Part shown: piece after piece, positions 28,660 to 47,940 of the stretch
How positions within the stretch are numbered: the first letter of the stretch is position 1
How the letters are laid out: each line of letters starts with the position of its first letter
NCBI RefSeq assembly: GCF_009914755.1
Contig: NC_060926.1
Reading direction: 5' to 3' (one strand)
Length of the DNA stretch: 64,000 nucleotides
Source of the DNA: the human T2T-CHM13v2.0 reference genome, Homo sapiens
Notes under the pieces: model-generated
What the model saw: the letters and a program-made list of their open reading frames with translations, nothing else
Told to the model about the DNA's origin: nothing
Database searches by the model: none
Program-made: the position numbers and the translations under genes

Positions 28660-31600
28660 AGATCATTGTTTCCTCACTGCTGGGTGGTGCCATCCTCGTC
28701 ATAAATGAAATATCCCTTTATGTACAGATCTGTTCCTTGACCCTCCATCTGGTTAAGTGTTCTCTTTTTCTGGTTAAGTGGTCCTTCCACAACTTTTAGC
28801 ATTATTTAATTTCTACATTTAATATCTTCTGGAACAACTTGTAGAATAAGTTCTTCTCTTCATTTTATTTTCATCTTACATTTCCATATGTATTTTAGAA
28901 TCTGCTTGTCAAATTCCAATAAATTTTGTTGGGAGTTTGTTTGGATTGCATCAAATCTAAAAGTCAGTTTGAGTAGAATGGACTATACAAGATGAACATG
29001 GTATATCCCTCCCTTTATTTAGGTTTTTATTAATTTCTATTTATGTTTTATAGTTTTCTCTGTGTTGACATTTTGCACGTTTCCTAAGTCTTGTTTCCAC
29101 AAAATTGATGTGGATGCAATTACTAATGTACATTCTTAAAATGCAACTTACTGATTATTATTGATATATGGGAATATCAATGTTTAAAATTTTTACCAGG
29201 TATTCATTAACTTTGTTATACACATATTTTCATTTTTCTATATGCATTATCATGTTGTTTTCAATAATGATTTCATTTCTTCTAATATATATATTTTTCT
29301 ATTGTATTCTTATACTACATAGGTCCTCAGAGCAATGTTAAACTGAAGAGATTATTGTGAGCATCCTGTGTCTTGGGGGAACTCTTTCAATATTTCACCA
29401 TTAAATAAAATATTTACTGAAAAGCTTTAATGCAATTAGGTAAAATTCATTTTACTCAAGTTTGATAAGAATTTTTATTATGAATAGATATTGAATTTGA
29501 TGTGTGAATTTAGTATATCTTCTCAGCTGATTGTTTTTAAAAAATCCTTTATTCTGTAAATATTATGAACAAAACAAGCCTGTCTTTGTGATGTATCACC
29601 ATTTTTTATAATGCTATCGTTATTATTATTACTTCACCATTTTGCATCTATTTTTGTGAGGGTGATTGGCCTATAATCTTCCTTTCCTAGAATTTGCTTA
29701 TGAAGTTTTAGTGTGAGGATATGCAAGTCTCATATAATGGGGTAGTAAAAAAATTCCTTTTTTTCTATTCTCTTAGTTTATATAATATTGACATTATTTC
29801 TTACTTAATATTTGACACAATTTATCATGATTGGCATCTGGAATTTTCCTTAATAGAAACATTTTTCATTAAAGATTTAATTCCTTTCATAATTTTAGAA
29901 CTAGTTTTGATAATTTATTCTTGTGTCGGATTTTAAAAATTGTATCATCCTAAGAATTTATTGGCTTATAATATCTTCTTATTGCTGTTTCAATATCAAC
30001 TTCATCTGCAGTGATGACACATTTTTACCTCTGGCATTATTAGTGCCTCCCTATCTTTTTAAAAAAATTAATGATCAATATTGCTGAATTTTATCAATTC
30101 TATTAGCTTTTCCAAAGAGTTAGCTTTCAATTCCCTTCTTATTTGTTTTTCTATTTCTTATCTTATCTGCATCTGATGTTAGCACTTCTTTCTTTCTACC
30201 TTTTGAAACTTAATTTTCAGTTCTAGAGATGGAGGCTCAGTTCATGAATCTTCAGTCTTTTTTTTTTTTTCTAAGATACTAACTGAAGAGTAAAATCTTC
30301 CTTCTTAAAGCATGAATTTAGTTTCATTACACAAGTTCTGAAACGTAGTATTTCTATTTTCATGCAATATAAATTATTTCTAATTTTATTTTTAATCCAT
30401 TTGTTATTTAGAAGTATGTTGCTTAATTTCCTAGCATATCGGACTATCAAGTTATCTTTCTTCTCTTTATTTTTCCCTTAATTTTACCCTTGTCAGAGAA
30501 CATTTTCTGTATAATTTCAGTAATTTGAAATTTTTTGAGACACATTTTCTGGTCCAACATGTGGTCATTTTTATCAAATGTTCTGTGTGCTATTAAAAAG
30601 AATTAATATTATGCAGTTAGTTAGTGCAAGTAAGTCACAACTTAATACATCATTTGGTCAAGTTTTAAAATCATGTTTAAATCATTTATCATGGATAAAT
30701 TTTTTTCTGATTATTCTATCAATTAGTAAGAGAGATACATTAAAATCTCCTACTATCATCATGCATTGCCTGTTTTTGTTCAGTTATTTTTTGCTTAAGG
30801 TATTTTAAAACTGTTGTATTACTTTCTCTTGACTAAGTTAGAATTGTTTTAACTTCCCAGCAAATTAAAATTTATCAAAATGAAATATCCTTTTTTATTA
30901 TTCGTAGTTTTTATCTTAAATTCTACTTTGTCTAATAATAATTTAGTTTAATTGTGTATTTTCTACAACCTTTTTTTTTAATTCATTTTGTGTCCCCATA
31001 GCTAAAGTACATCTCTTGTAAGCTGTGTACAATTAGGATTTGTTTCTATTCAGTTGGAAAACATTTGCTTTTCAAAGTATTTAGTTCTTTCACATTTAGT
31101 GTAATTAGTAATGTGCTTGAGTTTAAATTTACAATATAACTTTTTTCTATTTGTTTGAACTGTCTTATGTTGCTTTTACTCTTATTTCTGGCCTTTTAAA
31201 ATTAATATAGAAAATGAAAAAATTTAAAATTATTTAATTTTTTTCTTCCTATTAGCTTGGTAATTATACATACAATTACACAGTACTCTTTCAAGGTCAC
31301 CCCAAAGATTAGAACATGAATTCTCAAATTCTAATATAAGTTAGTATTTTTACCATTTCTCTGTTAATAGAAATGCCTTAGAAACCTTAGACCATTTGCC
31401 ATCTCCCCATATTATGTGCTAATTTTTTCATGAATTTAAATTTTCTTTGTCATTTATTATTATTTTATTTGTCACTGTTATTGTTAATATTGCTTTATAC
31501 TTGCAATACTCATTTAGATATCTCAAGTCCTGACCCTTTTCACTGCTCTTGATTCTTTCCCTCATATCCATGCTAACAACAAAAATCATTTTTCTTCTGC

Positions 31601-32067
31601 CTAAAGATGCCCTTTATTGTGTGCCTCCATGTGTCCATCTGCTGCTGATTAATTCTTTCAGCTAACATTTGTCTGAAAATGTCTTAAGAATGAAGGATTT
31701 CACTTTTTGAAATACATTTTCACTGATAACAAAATTTGAAGTTGGCAGTTACTGCTTTCATTATCTGAAAGACATCATTCCATTGTCTTTTGGCTTCCAT
31801 TGTTTCTGTTGAAAAGTCAGCTTTTTTGTTCAGGCGCAATTTCTGCTTTATTTCAGAGGTCCCTTTTTACTTCCTCTTTTTTTCAACATCCATGTAAGTA
31901 AATGTTTATAATTTTTTTTCTGATGAAATCCTTAGTATGTCTTTTTCAGGCTGAACTGTGTCTGATATGATGTCATTATCTAATGTGTACATTTGATAAT
32001 GCTACTGTCTGTTGGTTGATTCTCTTGTTCTGTTGATATATTGTCTTGTTTCCTATATACTTGGTTA

Positions 32068-32698
<631 letters not shown>

Positions 32699-32863
32699 TT
32701 CTAGAGAGAATTTACTGTTGTCTCTGATAAATTGATAATCAAGGTGCACTAGCAATCTGATGCTACCTTATTCCAATAAGAAATTGAGATAATTCAAAGC
32801 TAGACTTCTGTTCTCATTAAAGCTGATCTGTATTGTATTCATCTAAATCCTTATTGATTAGAA

Positions 32864-33075
32864 CAGGGTTTCTCAAAACTGGCACTATTTTGGGCCAGAT
32901 AATTCTTTGTTGTAGAGGGCTATCCTGTACATTGGAGAATGTTTGGGAACATCATGGTCTCCAGCCCCTACATTCAGTAACACACTCCACATTACAATTC
33001 TGATAACTAAAAAGTCTCCAGTGATGGCCAAACAGCCTTGGGGGCAACAAAATTGCCCCTAGTCAAGAACCACTG
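32864..33075. mobile_element. MER20 hAT-Charlie MITE
   Basis: cagggtttctcaa...ttgggccagataattctttgttg...aaaattgcccc...aagaaccactg. Confidence 0.88.
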
Positions 33076-33375
33076 GCCTGAGGGTCCCCTTGATGGTCAG
33101 ATCTACCTCCATTTATTATTCTCCTAATGTTCCTCATGCTGTATACCTTGAAAGCTCTGCTCAGGTTCTCAACTTTCAGCCACCTCTTTAAGAATGGGAT
33201 GACTACTTTAGTGTAAACTCACCCCAAATATTCATCTCATCCCTTTGGATTTTCTTCTCCTGGGCTTTGGCACACTCTTGTTTTCTAATACACCTTTTCT
33301 GTGTTCTATTTTAGATTTTTTTTTCAAGTTTAGTAGCCTGCTATTACTATAAGTAGAACACCCAATATATAGCAC

Positions 33376-33677
33376 TTTTTTTGTTTGTTTTTTGAGATGG
33401 AGTTTCACTCTTGTTGCCCAGGCTGGAGGGCAATGGCACCATCTCAGCTCACTGCGACCTCCACCTCCTGAGTCCAAGTGATTATCCTGCTTCAGCCTTC
33501 CAAGCCGCTGGGATTGCAGGTACCTGCCATCACGCCCAGCTAATTCTTTTGTATTTTTAGTAGAGACGGGATCTCTCCACGTTGGCTATGTTGGTCTTGA
33601 ACACCTGACCTCAGGCGATCCACCTGCCTTGGCCTCCCAAAGTGCTTGGATTAAGGCATGAGCCACTGTGCCAAGCC
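33376..33677 (-). mobile_element. AluS (Sq/Sx-like)
   Basis: Reverse-strand Alu. TSD-like agcactttt. Confidence 0.95.
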
Positions 33678-35549
33678 ATATAGAGCACTTTTAATGGATT
33701 TTGTTTCCTAAATTTGTCTTTCATTAAATGTAATTGGCAGTGGAAAAAAAGTTCAATAGATTCTTAATAGATTCCAGTTATACTAAATGTCAAATTTATT
33801 TTAACTTTTCTATGTACATTAGTCAGTTAATTATAATGTTATTATCCAACTTAAAATTAAATAATTCAATTTCCCTGGGGAAAAAAATAGACTACATGCT
33901 AGGCTTTTCAAAGTCAATTTGGAAATCTAATCTTGATATAATTTATTTATTAATCATAATTTAGTACTAAAATAAAACGTGTATATTATTTAAAGATATT
34001 AGATTTTGTAATGGATAAAAATGATTTAAGTAAAAATTTTAAAGAAAATTAAGCTTTAGTTTTTTCCTAGAATAGTGCTAATTGAATTTGTTGTAGTTTT
34101 AATTATGTCATTATCAAGGACTTAATATGTTCAGTGTACCTGGGTCTTTTATTGACAACCTGTGTGACATTGATCTATTTGCTTAGTCTTTCTGGAACTT
34201 AGTTTTATTTCTATAAAATAAGTGCTAGCAAACATGTTTTGAACACAATTTATGCACAGCATTGGTTTAGGTATTTACATGTATTAATTTGAGTAATGCT
34301 TATAGTAACCATATGAGTTTGCCACTATTAATATGCCCACTCTTCAGATAAAGAAACTCATTTAATAAATAGAAATTTTATATTAATTTTATAAAATTTT
34401 ATAAATATAAATGTACTGCTTACATTTGATATAACATGACAAAAGATTAGAGTTGGAGATTTGGCATGATGAATTCTGTTTAACTTATAAAGTTACTGTT
34501 AAACAGCTTTACTTGAATGTAACTTTGTAAAACAAATTGCAACATACATTGAAACTAACATTATAAAATACCTTGCTCAGTGATATTTTAGATGACCATT
34601 TTCCTGTAATGTTTGGATGTGCCCATATATCCAATTTAAAACTACTAACATATTTTATTGCTTTTAAGCAAAGATTTAGCCAATCAATATCAAGATAGTA
34701 CTTACATTCTCTTAATCAGATTTGCTTTTCCAAAACTAGGTATTTTAAAAATAATATTCTGTGATTTGTCATCTGTAATTGGCCACCTGTAATCCTGTGC
34801 ATGAGCTTCAACCAACTCCAAAACAAAAAACACTGCTTTAATTTTCTCTACCCTTGAAGGGTTAGTCAACTTCCAAGAATCAGATTGATAAATCATAAAA
34901 CTGTATTTTTAAAACATTCATTTGCTCACTAACAATTTTTACAACACAAATCATTAAAAACTTGTGTATGTGTATTGAATGGCTAACCTATGTTTATGGT
35001 ATAAAAGTAAAAGGGTATCCAGTGAGAAGTAAGATTACATCCTATCTCCTTCTCCAGATACTGAGTTCCCTTCCTTAGATTCCACTACTGGAAATTAGGC
35101 AAGCATTTGAGAACAACTACAGTAACTAATTTTGAAGTAGCATTTTTCTTACAAGAATCATATTCTATCTTACATATAGTGTATTATAGCTTTTATAGTT
35201 TCTTAACATACTTATTCTTTAATAATCATTTGCTCAATGGCTAATAGTTTCAAGGTGATGTTTAAATCAATAGTTTTAAATTTAATGCATATTTAAATTC
35301 AACAAGAAGATTTTTAAAGAATACTTTATTACCCAGCCAAACCAACTAAGTTGAAATCTTGGAGATGAAACGTTGAGGCATTAAGCTGAAAAAAAAATCA
35401 GATTTAAAAAAGGATTTTTAAACTGTCCAGTGGATTCTAATGCACACCAGATTAAACATGGCACCTCACACCCAACACTGGAATGTATAAAAATATATTT
35501 GGCACCAGATTTTTTCCCAAGTTGCTAATAATTAAGTGGGTAAAATATC

Positions 35550-35961
35550 CATGGTGTATTATAATGTTTAAAAGCTGGCTATCTGAACAGAAAGCCTTCA
35601 TTTGTAGCATTTGCTGATTTTCATGGTGTAAATGCGTTCATCATGCCCAATTTAAAGCTTACAACATGACTCACTGTAAATGCAGAGTTGGGAAGAAATG
35701 CAAAACAGCACACCATTACATAATAGGTTATAGAAATAACCTCAAAATCACAAGTAATAATAAAATGGAGTAAAATAATTAGGAAATAATGAGTTTTAAT
35801 TATTTATTGTATATATTTTAATATGATGTATTTAGTTGTCAGTTTAAATATATTTATATAATCTTTAATAATGGCAGTCTTTACCAGTCAGCTCACAAAA
35901 TCCTCCAAAGTTTAAAAATCAGTTTTTGCAAGGCTGTACAAGTGAGCTCTGACAAACCACC
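35550..35961 (-). mobile_element. MER63B-like hAT element
   Basis: tttgtagcatttgctgattttcatggtgtaaat...gcagagttgggaaga...aaaataattaggaa...aaaccac. Confidence 0.8.
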
Positions 35962-36389
35962 ACCTCTAATACATACTAATATGTGAACTATAATAGATAT
36001 TGGAAAAGAAAATAGGCACCATGGAAGCATATTACCTTCTTTCCTCCTGAAAACCACTTCATAGAGGTGATAAAGTGCCTATTACCCTCTTTTTTATTGG
36101 TGAGGCTATAAAAACTCCCAGAGATCTCAATTTGCCCCTTCCTGAGTAAGCCACAGATCTGAACCAGATCACTGCCACATGACTCCCATTCACTGTCATT
36201 ACCAACAAGTCTTTTAAGGATCATCCTAGAAACAAAAAAAATATAAATATGGGAACTATTTTTTAAAAAGGATTTTAATTATTGACATATCTATATTTAA
36301 AAGTTGTCCATGCTAATCCTCACTAATCATTGAGCTGATTTCCCTTTAATGATGAAGCTTAGAATAATATTTCACACAGAAGCTCCCTG

Positions 36390-36700
36390 CATTATTAACT
36401 AATAAACATTCACCAAGCACTTACCTTATATTCTGCTTGAGACATAAGGGCAGCAAAAGGAATACAAGCTTTGATGTCTACACTCAAGAAGCTTTCAGTC
36501 TTATTGATCCCCAAAATAGCAAAAACATAAAGCAAGCCAATTTATTTTAAATAAAATTACTAACTTGGAGTGTGACGAAAAATTCTAGCAAGTCAGAGAA
36601 TGCTCAAGACGTTGTGTTTGATGAAGGAGAGAAGACTAGAGTTGGACCTTCAAAAATGGATAAGTGTCTGTCCTAAAGGGAGAAAAAAATTATCTCAGAC
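36390..36700 (-). mobile_element. L2 3' fragment
   Basis: aataaacattcaccaagcacttacc...ctcaagaagctttcagtct...gagttggaccttcaaaaatgga. Confidence 0.55.
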
Positions 36701-37229
36701 AGCATGAGACTTCTTAATTTCCTCACTTCTCACACCTGCTTGTTTTGGAATGGCATTAGGGCTCAGCCCTGGCAACCCTGTCTGATCACTCAATGGTTAT
36801 GACTATGCAGATCTTACTGAACACTGACAAAGGGGTGGTCTGAATCAACTTGATTTGCCTACAGAGTTGTGTGGCTACAAGCAAAAATGTTCCCCACTTA
36901 CTTTCACCTTTGATAATATTGGGAAATATTTATTTGTGCCTTTATTGAAAATACATTTTCCAATAAAGGCCTCCTAATTGTGAATAGAGAGTCAGGTCTC
37001 TACACTCCCTTACCTATGTTTTTAACACTCTCTTTGATTTCAGATAGGTATATAGTAGAGAGATGGGGACAGGAAAGGGCTTGGGATCAAACAGAACAGC
37101 ACAGTTCTTAGGTACATTGGAATTCTATAGTGCTAGCTATAATGTAGCCAGGGTCAAAACTAAAGGAACCAAATGCCCAAAGCACATTTTAAAGGAGGGA
37201 AATAATGAAATTTTAAAAAGTTATCAAGC

Positions 37230-39368
37230 TGGGGCCAAGATGGTTGATTAGAAGCAGCTGCAGTCTGTGGCACTCATAGAAGGAAAAAAAAATGAGGCAC
37301 ATAAATACAGGACCTTCAACTGAAATATCCAGGTACTTGCACTGGGACTGATCAGAGAAACAACTCGACCCATGGAGATCAAAGAAAAGCAGGGTGGGGC
37401 GATGGCCCACTGGGGAGCAACAATGAGCCAAGGGAAACTCCACCCCCAGCCAAGGGAAGCAGAGAGTGATTGGGTTACCCCAGGAAACCACACTTCTCCC
37501 ACAAATCTTTGCAACCCACGGATCTGGAGGTCCCCTTGTGGGTCCACGCCACCAAAGCCTTGGGTTCAAAACACAGTGCTGTGTGGAGTTTCAGCAGAGC
37601 AGCTGCTCATACACACACAGAGACCAAGGAGCTTTACAGACTGCAACCCTGGGATCCCTGGCAAGGGTGTAGGTAGTTCAGGCAAGGCAGAGGGTATGTG
37701 CATACACCTAGGAAGGGAGCTGAATCCAGGGGGCTGAGTGGTGACAGTCTGTGAGCCCCACTTCCATAGCACATCACAAGATGAGACCCACTGTCTTGGA
37801 ATTCCAGCCAGCCACCAGCAACAGGGTGGAGACTGTCTGAGATGGAACAGAGTCCCCAGGGGAGTGGACTGCCATCTTTGCTGTTTGGTCAATTCAGCCA
37901 TTCCAGCCTGTGGGCTTTGGAGACTCCAAACAGTCCAGATGAGGAAGGGTCCCCCCAGCACAGCACAGCTGCTTTGCCAGAATGTGGCCAGACTGTTTCT
38001 CTAAGCGGGACCCCAATTCATTCCTCCTTACTATGTGGGACCTCCCAGACAGGGCCTCCAGCTACCCCCACCTGCCCATATTCTATGGACAGAGCTCTGA
38101 TCTCTCCCTGGGGAGGGGTGGGACACGACCTTGGTTGTTTGGATGACTCAACCATTCCAGCCTGCAGCCTTTGGAGAGTTTAAGCCGACAGGAGCAGAGG
38201 CAGTTCCCCAGCACAACACAGTTGTTTGGTCAAGGTGTGGCCAGACTGCTTCTGTAACTGGGACTCTGATCCACTCCTCCTTGCAGGGCAGGTCCTCCCA
38301 GCCAGGGATTCCAGCCACCCTTTTCCATGTTCTATGGCCAACAGAGTTCTAATTTCTCCCTGGGATGGAGTGCCTGGGTGACAGGGCAGGCCACCACATT
38401 GGCTGTTCCAGCATCTCAGCAGGTCCAGCCTGTGGGCCTTGGAGAGCCCAAAACAATCAGGGGTTAACGATCAGGATCCCCAACACAGCACAGCTGCTCT
38501 ACCAAAAGACAGCCAGACTGCTTCTTTAAGTGGGTACCTGATCCCATTTCTCCTGACTGGGTGAGACCTCCCAACAGGTATATCCAGCCACCTCCTACAG
38601 GTGTGTTCAGGCTGGCAACATGTCAGTACTCCACTGAAATGGAGTACTCCACTGAAATGGAGCTTTCAGAGGAAGGGGCAGGTTGCCATCTTTGCTGTTT
38701 TGCAGACTTCATTGGTGATACCTCTAGGTATGGGAAAAAACCAAGGTGATAAGGATGTGGAGCAGACCCCCAGCAAACTGCAGCAGCCCTATGGAAGAGT
38801 GGCCAGGCTGAAAAAAAAAGAAAGAAAGAAAACAACAACAAAACCACAAAACCCAACCCTATCCAAAGGTCAGGAAAGTCAAAGATCAAAGGTAGATAAG
38901 CCCATAAAGATGAGACAGAGTCAATGCAAAATCACTGAAAACTCAAAAAGCTGGAGTGCCCCTTTTCCTCCAAATAGCCATAACACCCCAGCAAGGGCTC
39001 AGAACTGGGCTGAGGCTGAGATGGCTGAAATGACAAATGCAGGCTTCAGAATGTGGATAAAAACAAGCTTTGCTGGGTTAAAGAAGCATGTTGTAACCCA
39101 ATGCAAAGAAGCTGAGAATCATGATAACACAATGAAGGAGCTGACAGCCAAAGTAGCCAGTTTAGAGAGAAACATAACTGACCTGATAGAGCTGAAAAAC
39201 ACACTCTAAGAACTTTACAATGTAATCACAAGTATTAAGAGCAGAATATACCAAATGGAGGAAGGAATCTCAGAGCTTGAAGACTATCTTTCTGAAAAAG
39301 ACAGCCAGATAAGAACAGAGCAAAAAAATAAAAAGGAATGAACAAACCTCTGAGAAATATGGGATTAT
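37230..39368 (+). mobile_element. Older L1PA (PA13-16-like) 5'UTR and ORF1 N-terminal part
   Basis: Starts ggccaagatggttgattagaagcagc. Tandem monomers of about 250 bp. ORF1-like translation MRQSQCKITENSK...LERNITDLIELKNTL in ORF 38601-39209. Confidence 0.88.
38910..39368 (+). pseudogene. L1 ORF1p N-terminal/coiled-coil remnant
   Basis: Translation resembles L1 ORF1p, with a stop at 39207-39209. Confidence 0.8.
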
Positions 39369-40665
39369 AGGAAGGGACCAAGATGGCCAAATTGGAACAG
39401 CTCTGGTCTGCAGCTGCCAGTGAGACCAATGCAGAAGGTGGGTGATTTCTGCATTTCCAACTGAGGTACCCAGTTCATCTCATTGGGACAGGTTAGGAAG
39501 TGGGTACAACTCATGGAGAACTAGCAGAAGCAGGGTGGGGCATCAGTTCACCCGGGAAGTGCAAGGAGCTGGGGGATCTCTCTCCCTCAGCCAAGGGAAG
39601 CCTTGAGGTACTGTGCTACCAAGCCCGAGTACTATGCTTTTCCCACTGTTTTTGCAATCCACAGAACAAGAGATTTCCTCACGAGCCTACACCATCAGGG
39701 CCTTGGTTTTTAAGCACAAAACTGGGTGGTTGTTTGGGCAGGCACCAAGCAGTTTTTTTCATACCCCAGTGGTGCCTGGAACCCCAGACAAACAGAACTG
39801 TTCACTCCCCTGGAAAACAGGCTGAAGCCAGGGAGCCAAGTGGTCTTACTCAGTGGGTCCCAGTCCCACAGAGCCCAGCAAGCTAAGAACCATGGGCTTG
39901 AAATTCTCACTGCCAGCACAGCAGTCTGAAGTTGACCTGGGATGATTGAGCTTGGTGGGAGGAGGGGTATCCACAATTACTGAGGCTTTAGTAGGCAGTT
40001 TTCCCCGGACAGTGCAAGGAGGTTGGGAGGTTTGGACCAGGCAGAATTCACCACAGTGTGGCAATGCGGCTGTGGCCAGACTGCTTCTCTGCATTCCTTC
40101 TCACTTGGGCAGGGCATCTCTGAAGGAAAGGCAGCAGCCCCAGTCACGGGCTTACAGATAAAAGGCTCATCTCCCTGGACAGAGCACCTGAGGGAAGGGG
40201 TGGCTGTGGGTGCAGCTTCAGTGGACTTAATCTTTCTGGCCTGCTGGCTCTGAAGAGAGCAGCTGATTCTGATAAGGGGGATTCCCCCAGCACAGCACAC
40301 CAGCTCTACTAAGGGACAGACTGCCTCCTCAAGTTGGTCCCTGACCCCTGTGCCTCCTGTGCCTCCTGACTGGGAGAGACCTCCCAACAGGGATCAACAG
40401 ATACCTCATACAGGAGAGTTCTGGCTGGCATCAAGCTGGTGCCCCTCTGAGACAAAGCTTCCAGAGGAAGGAGCAGATAGCAATCTTTGCTGTTCTGCAG
40501 CCTCCTCTGGTGATACCCAGGTGAACAGGGTTTGGAGTGGACCTCCAGCAAACTGCAGCAGACCTGCAGAAGAGGGGCCTGACTAACTAACAAACAGAAA
40601 GCAACAACATCAACATCAACAAAAAAGACCCCCCCCCCACCCCGCGCAGAAACCCCTTCCAAAGA
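39369..40665 (+). mobile_element. Second L1 5'UTR (L1PA8/8A/10-like)
   Basis: ccaagatggccaaattggaacagctctggtctgcagct...gggtgatttctgcatttccaactgaggtacc is the canonical L1PA 5' start, including the YY1-type CAAGATGGC motif. Confidence 0.88.
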
Positions 40666-41167
40666 TCAACATTCAAATTCAGGAAATGCAGAGAACCCCA
40701 GTAAGATACTCCATGAGAAGTTCATCCCAAAGACATATGGTCTTCAGATTCTCCAAGGCCAAAATGAAAGTGAAAAGGTTAAGGGCAGCAAGCGAGAAAG
40801 GCTAGGTCACCTACAAAGAGAAGCCCATCTGACTAACCACAGACTTCTCAGTGAAAACCCTACAAACCAGGAGAGATTGGGTGCCAATACTCAACATTCT
40901 TAAAAAAATAAAAAGAATTTCCAATCCAGAATTTCGTATCTGGCCAAACTAGGCTTCATAAGTGGAGAAATAAGATCATTTTCAGACAAGCAAATGCTAA
41001 GGGAATTCATTACCACCAGACCTGCCTTCCAAGAGCTCCTGAAGGAAGCACTGAATATGGAAAGGAGAAATGGTTACCAGCCAATACAAAAACACACTGA
41101 AGTACACAGACCAGTGACACTATGAAGCAACCACATAAACAAGTCTATAAAATAACCAGCTAGCATC

Positions 41168-45960
<4,793 letters not shown>

Positions 45961-45989
45961 AAGAAACAACACAACAGGCATATAAGAAA

Positions 45990-46690
45990 CAACACAATTG
46001 TCAATAAAACAAAAAAGCCAATCAAAAGCAGATTCAGAAATTGGAAATATCACATATAGTCTTGAAGATAACTACACTATATCAGTCACTGTCTAGTCAA
46101 GAACACAGAAACCATACTAGGGATTTTTATCATGGAGAATTGAATATTAATATGTACTTAAACAGGTGTTAGAGAAATGAGAAAATAAAAAAGGACCTAT
46201 AAAATAACAAACACAGAAATGGTGCCTAAAAGAAGGAGCTGACTTTTCAACAGAAACAATGAAAGAAGACAATGGAATGGCATCTTTGAAGTAATGAAAG
46301 AAAATAATCACTAACTTAGAATTCTATTATCAGTAAAAATGTGCTTCAGAAAAAGAAAGCAAATGAAGACATTTTCAGACCCAAAAAAATAAACCTAAAA
46401 GATTTTGTCAGCAATAGACATACATAGAGGCAAACAATAGGATGCTCTGCAGGCAGAACAAAAATGATCTTGGATGGCAGCTTGGATATGCCGGAGGGAA
46501 TGACAAGCAATGGAAAGGGTCATGATGTTAGATATATAAATGAACATTGCATGTATAAAGCAATATGAATAATAATGTGATGAGAAAGTTAGAAAAATAT
46601 TCCTGAAAACATACTGTATATGGGAAAGTGGTAAATGATCTGTGTTCTAAGGTACATGCGTTGACAGGAAATTAGCACGAGTATTAATTG
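45990..46690 (+). mobile_element. Ancient L1M ORF1-region remnant
   Basis: gctgacttttcaacagaaacaatgaaagaagacaatggaatggcatcttt...agaattctat...aagacattttcagac. Confidence 0.65.
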
Positions 46691-46809
46691 ATATATCCTG
46701 ATTCCTTCCTTTCTTTTCACAGTTTTCTTCCCTTATACACTTTTTACATTTCTAACTCTATTCCAGTGTCTGTTTCCTGGAGAAAACAACCTGTGATGAG
46801 TATCTTCAA

Positions 46810-47660
46810 CTTTAGAAGCTAATGCTATTTTTTATTTTTCCAATTACACTTTCGCTAACACTATGTGAATGCTCCAATTGGTCTACATTCTCACAAACAC
46901 TTGGTACTATCAATCTTATTGATTTTGGCCACTTTGGTGGTTATATAGTAGTGTATCATTGAGGTTATACTGTATATTTCCTGAATTGTTAATGATGTTC
47001 ACCATATTTTTATATGATTTTTTAATGTTATTGTGAAATGCCTATTCATGTCTATTTCACCTTCAATTTTTATTGGTTTGTATTTAGTGATTTAGATTTA
47101 TATTTTATGTTCTTTAGAATATTATCTATGGAAATTATTGGAGGCATAAAACTAAATTTTGTTCCATCAAAGAGAAATTTATTTGCATTTGTTTCGAGCC
47201 TCCTACAAACACTTAACTACAAACACTCCTACAAATAACTTAACTTTTACAAACTGAAAGTTAAGTTTGGCAAATTTTAGGTCAGGTGGTGCTTTTGGAG
47301 TCCATTCGGTGACTGAAATGAGTATGGGTTTGTAACAGAACCTCTCAGAGTGGACATTTAAAAAAATTTCCTATCCTCTCAAAGCTAAATGTAGGCCAAA
47401 CAAATATCTCTTAAGTCTTCAACTAAGGGCAATTTTATTTTGCTTTATTAAACCCGCTGAGTGTGTCATCCTTCGGGATCTAGTTTTACAAGAGGAATCT
47501 CCAATATTCAGCCCTTCTCCCTGGTTAACCCACAGACTTCTACCCAGATGTGTGGCCATTACAACAGATCTTGGCTATTAGAGATAAAGAGAGAAACTCC
47601 AGGAAAATTTTCAGCCCCAGGACTCACTAAATTCCTACTTTCTTATCTCATTTGGTCAGG
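46810..47660 (-). mobile_element. Ancient L1M fragments
   Basis: cattctcacaaacacttggtact...atttcctgaattgttaatgatgtt...gtgaaatgcctattcatgtct. Confidence 0.55.
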
Positions 47661-47662
47661 GG

Positions 47663-47940
47663 CAGTGGTGTGCTGGTAAATATTTAACAAATAGATCTCC
47701 AGAAAAAAAGAGCAAAAAAAATTAAATAAATAAAAAGCCCAACTTCATAGTGTTTGCCAATTTTCATAGCGGAAATATTCCAACCATGGTCAATTTCAAG
47801 CTACTAATATGACCTCGCTAAATGCAGAGTTGGGGAGAAAGGTACAGCAGCACACTATTGTACAGTATTTTCAAACTATAGATACTATAGATGTAAAGAA
47901 CTTAAAAAGCATAGGTAATTAATATTTAGTGAATTAAGTT
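47663..47940 (-). mobile_element. MER63-like element, truncated
   Basis: Terminus cagtggtgtgctggtaaatatttaacaa. Homologous to 35550-35961. Confidence 0.82.

Noticed and set aside
34388-34405. 18-bp perfect palindrome tttataaaattttataaa
   Set aside because: Pure A/T low-complexity context, so it is plausible by chance.
37870-38560. CRISPR-like repeat/spacer array
   Set aside because: These are diverged L1 5'UTR monomers in a eukaryotic genome, with no constant repeat-spacer structure and no cas genes.
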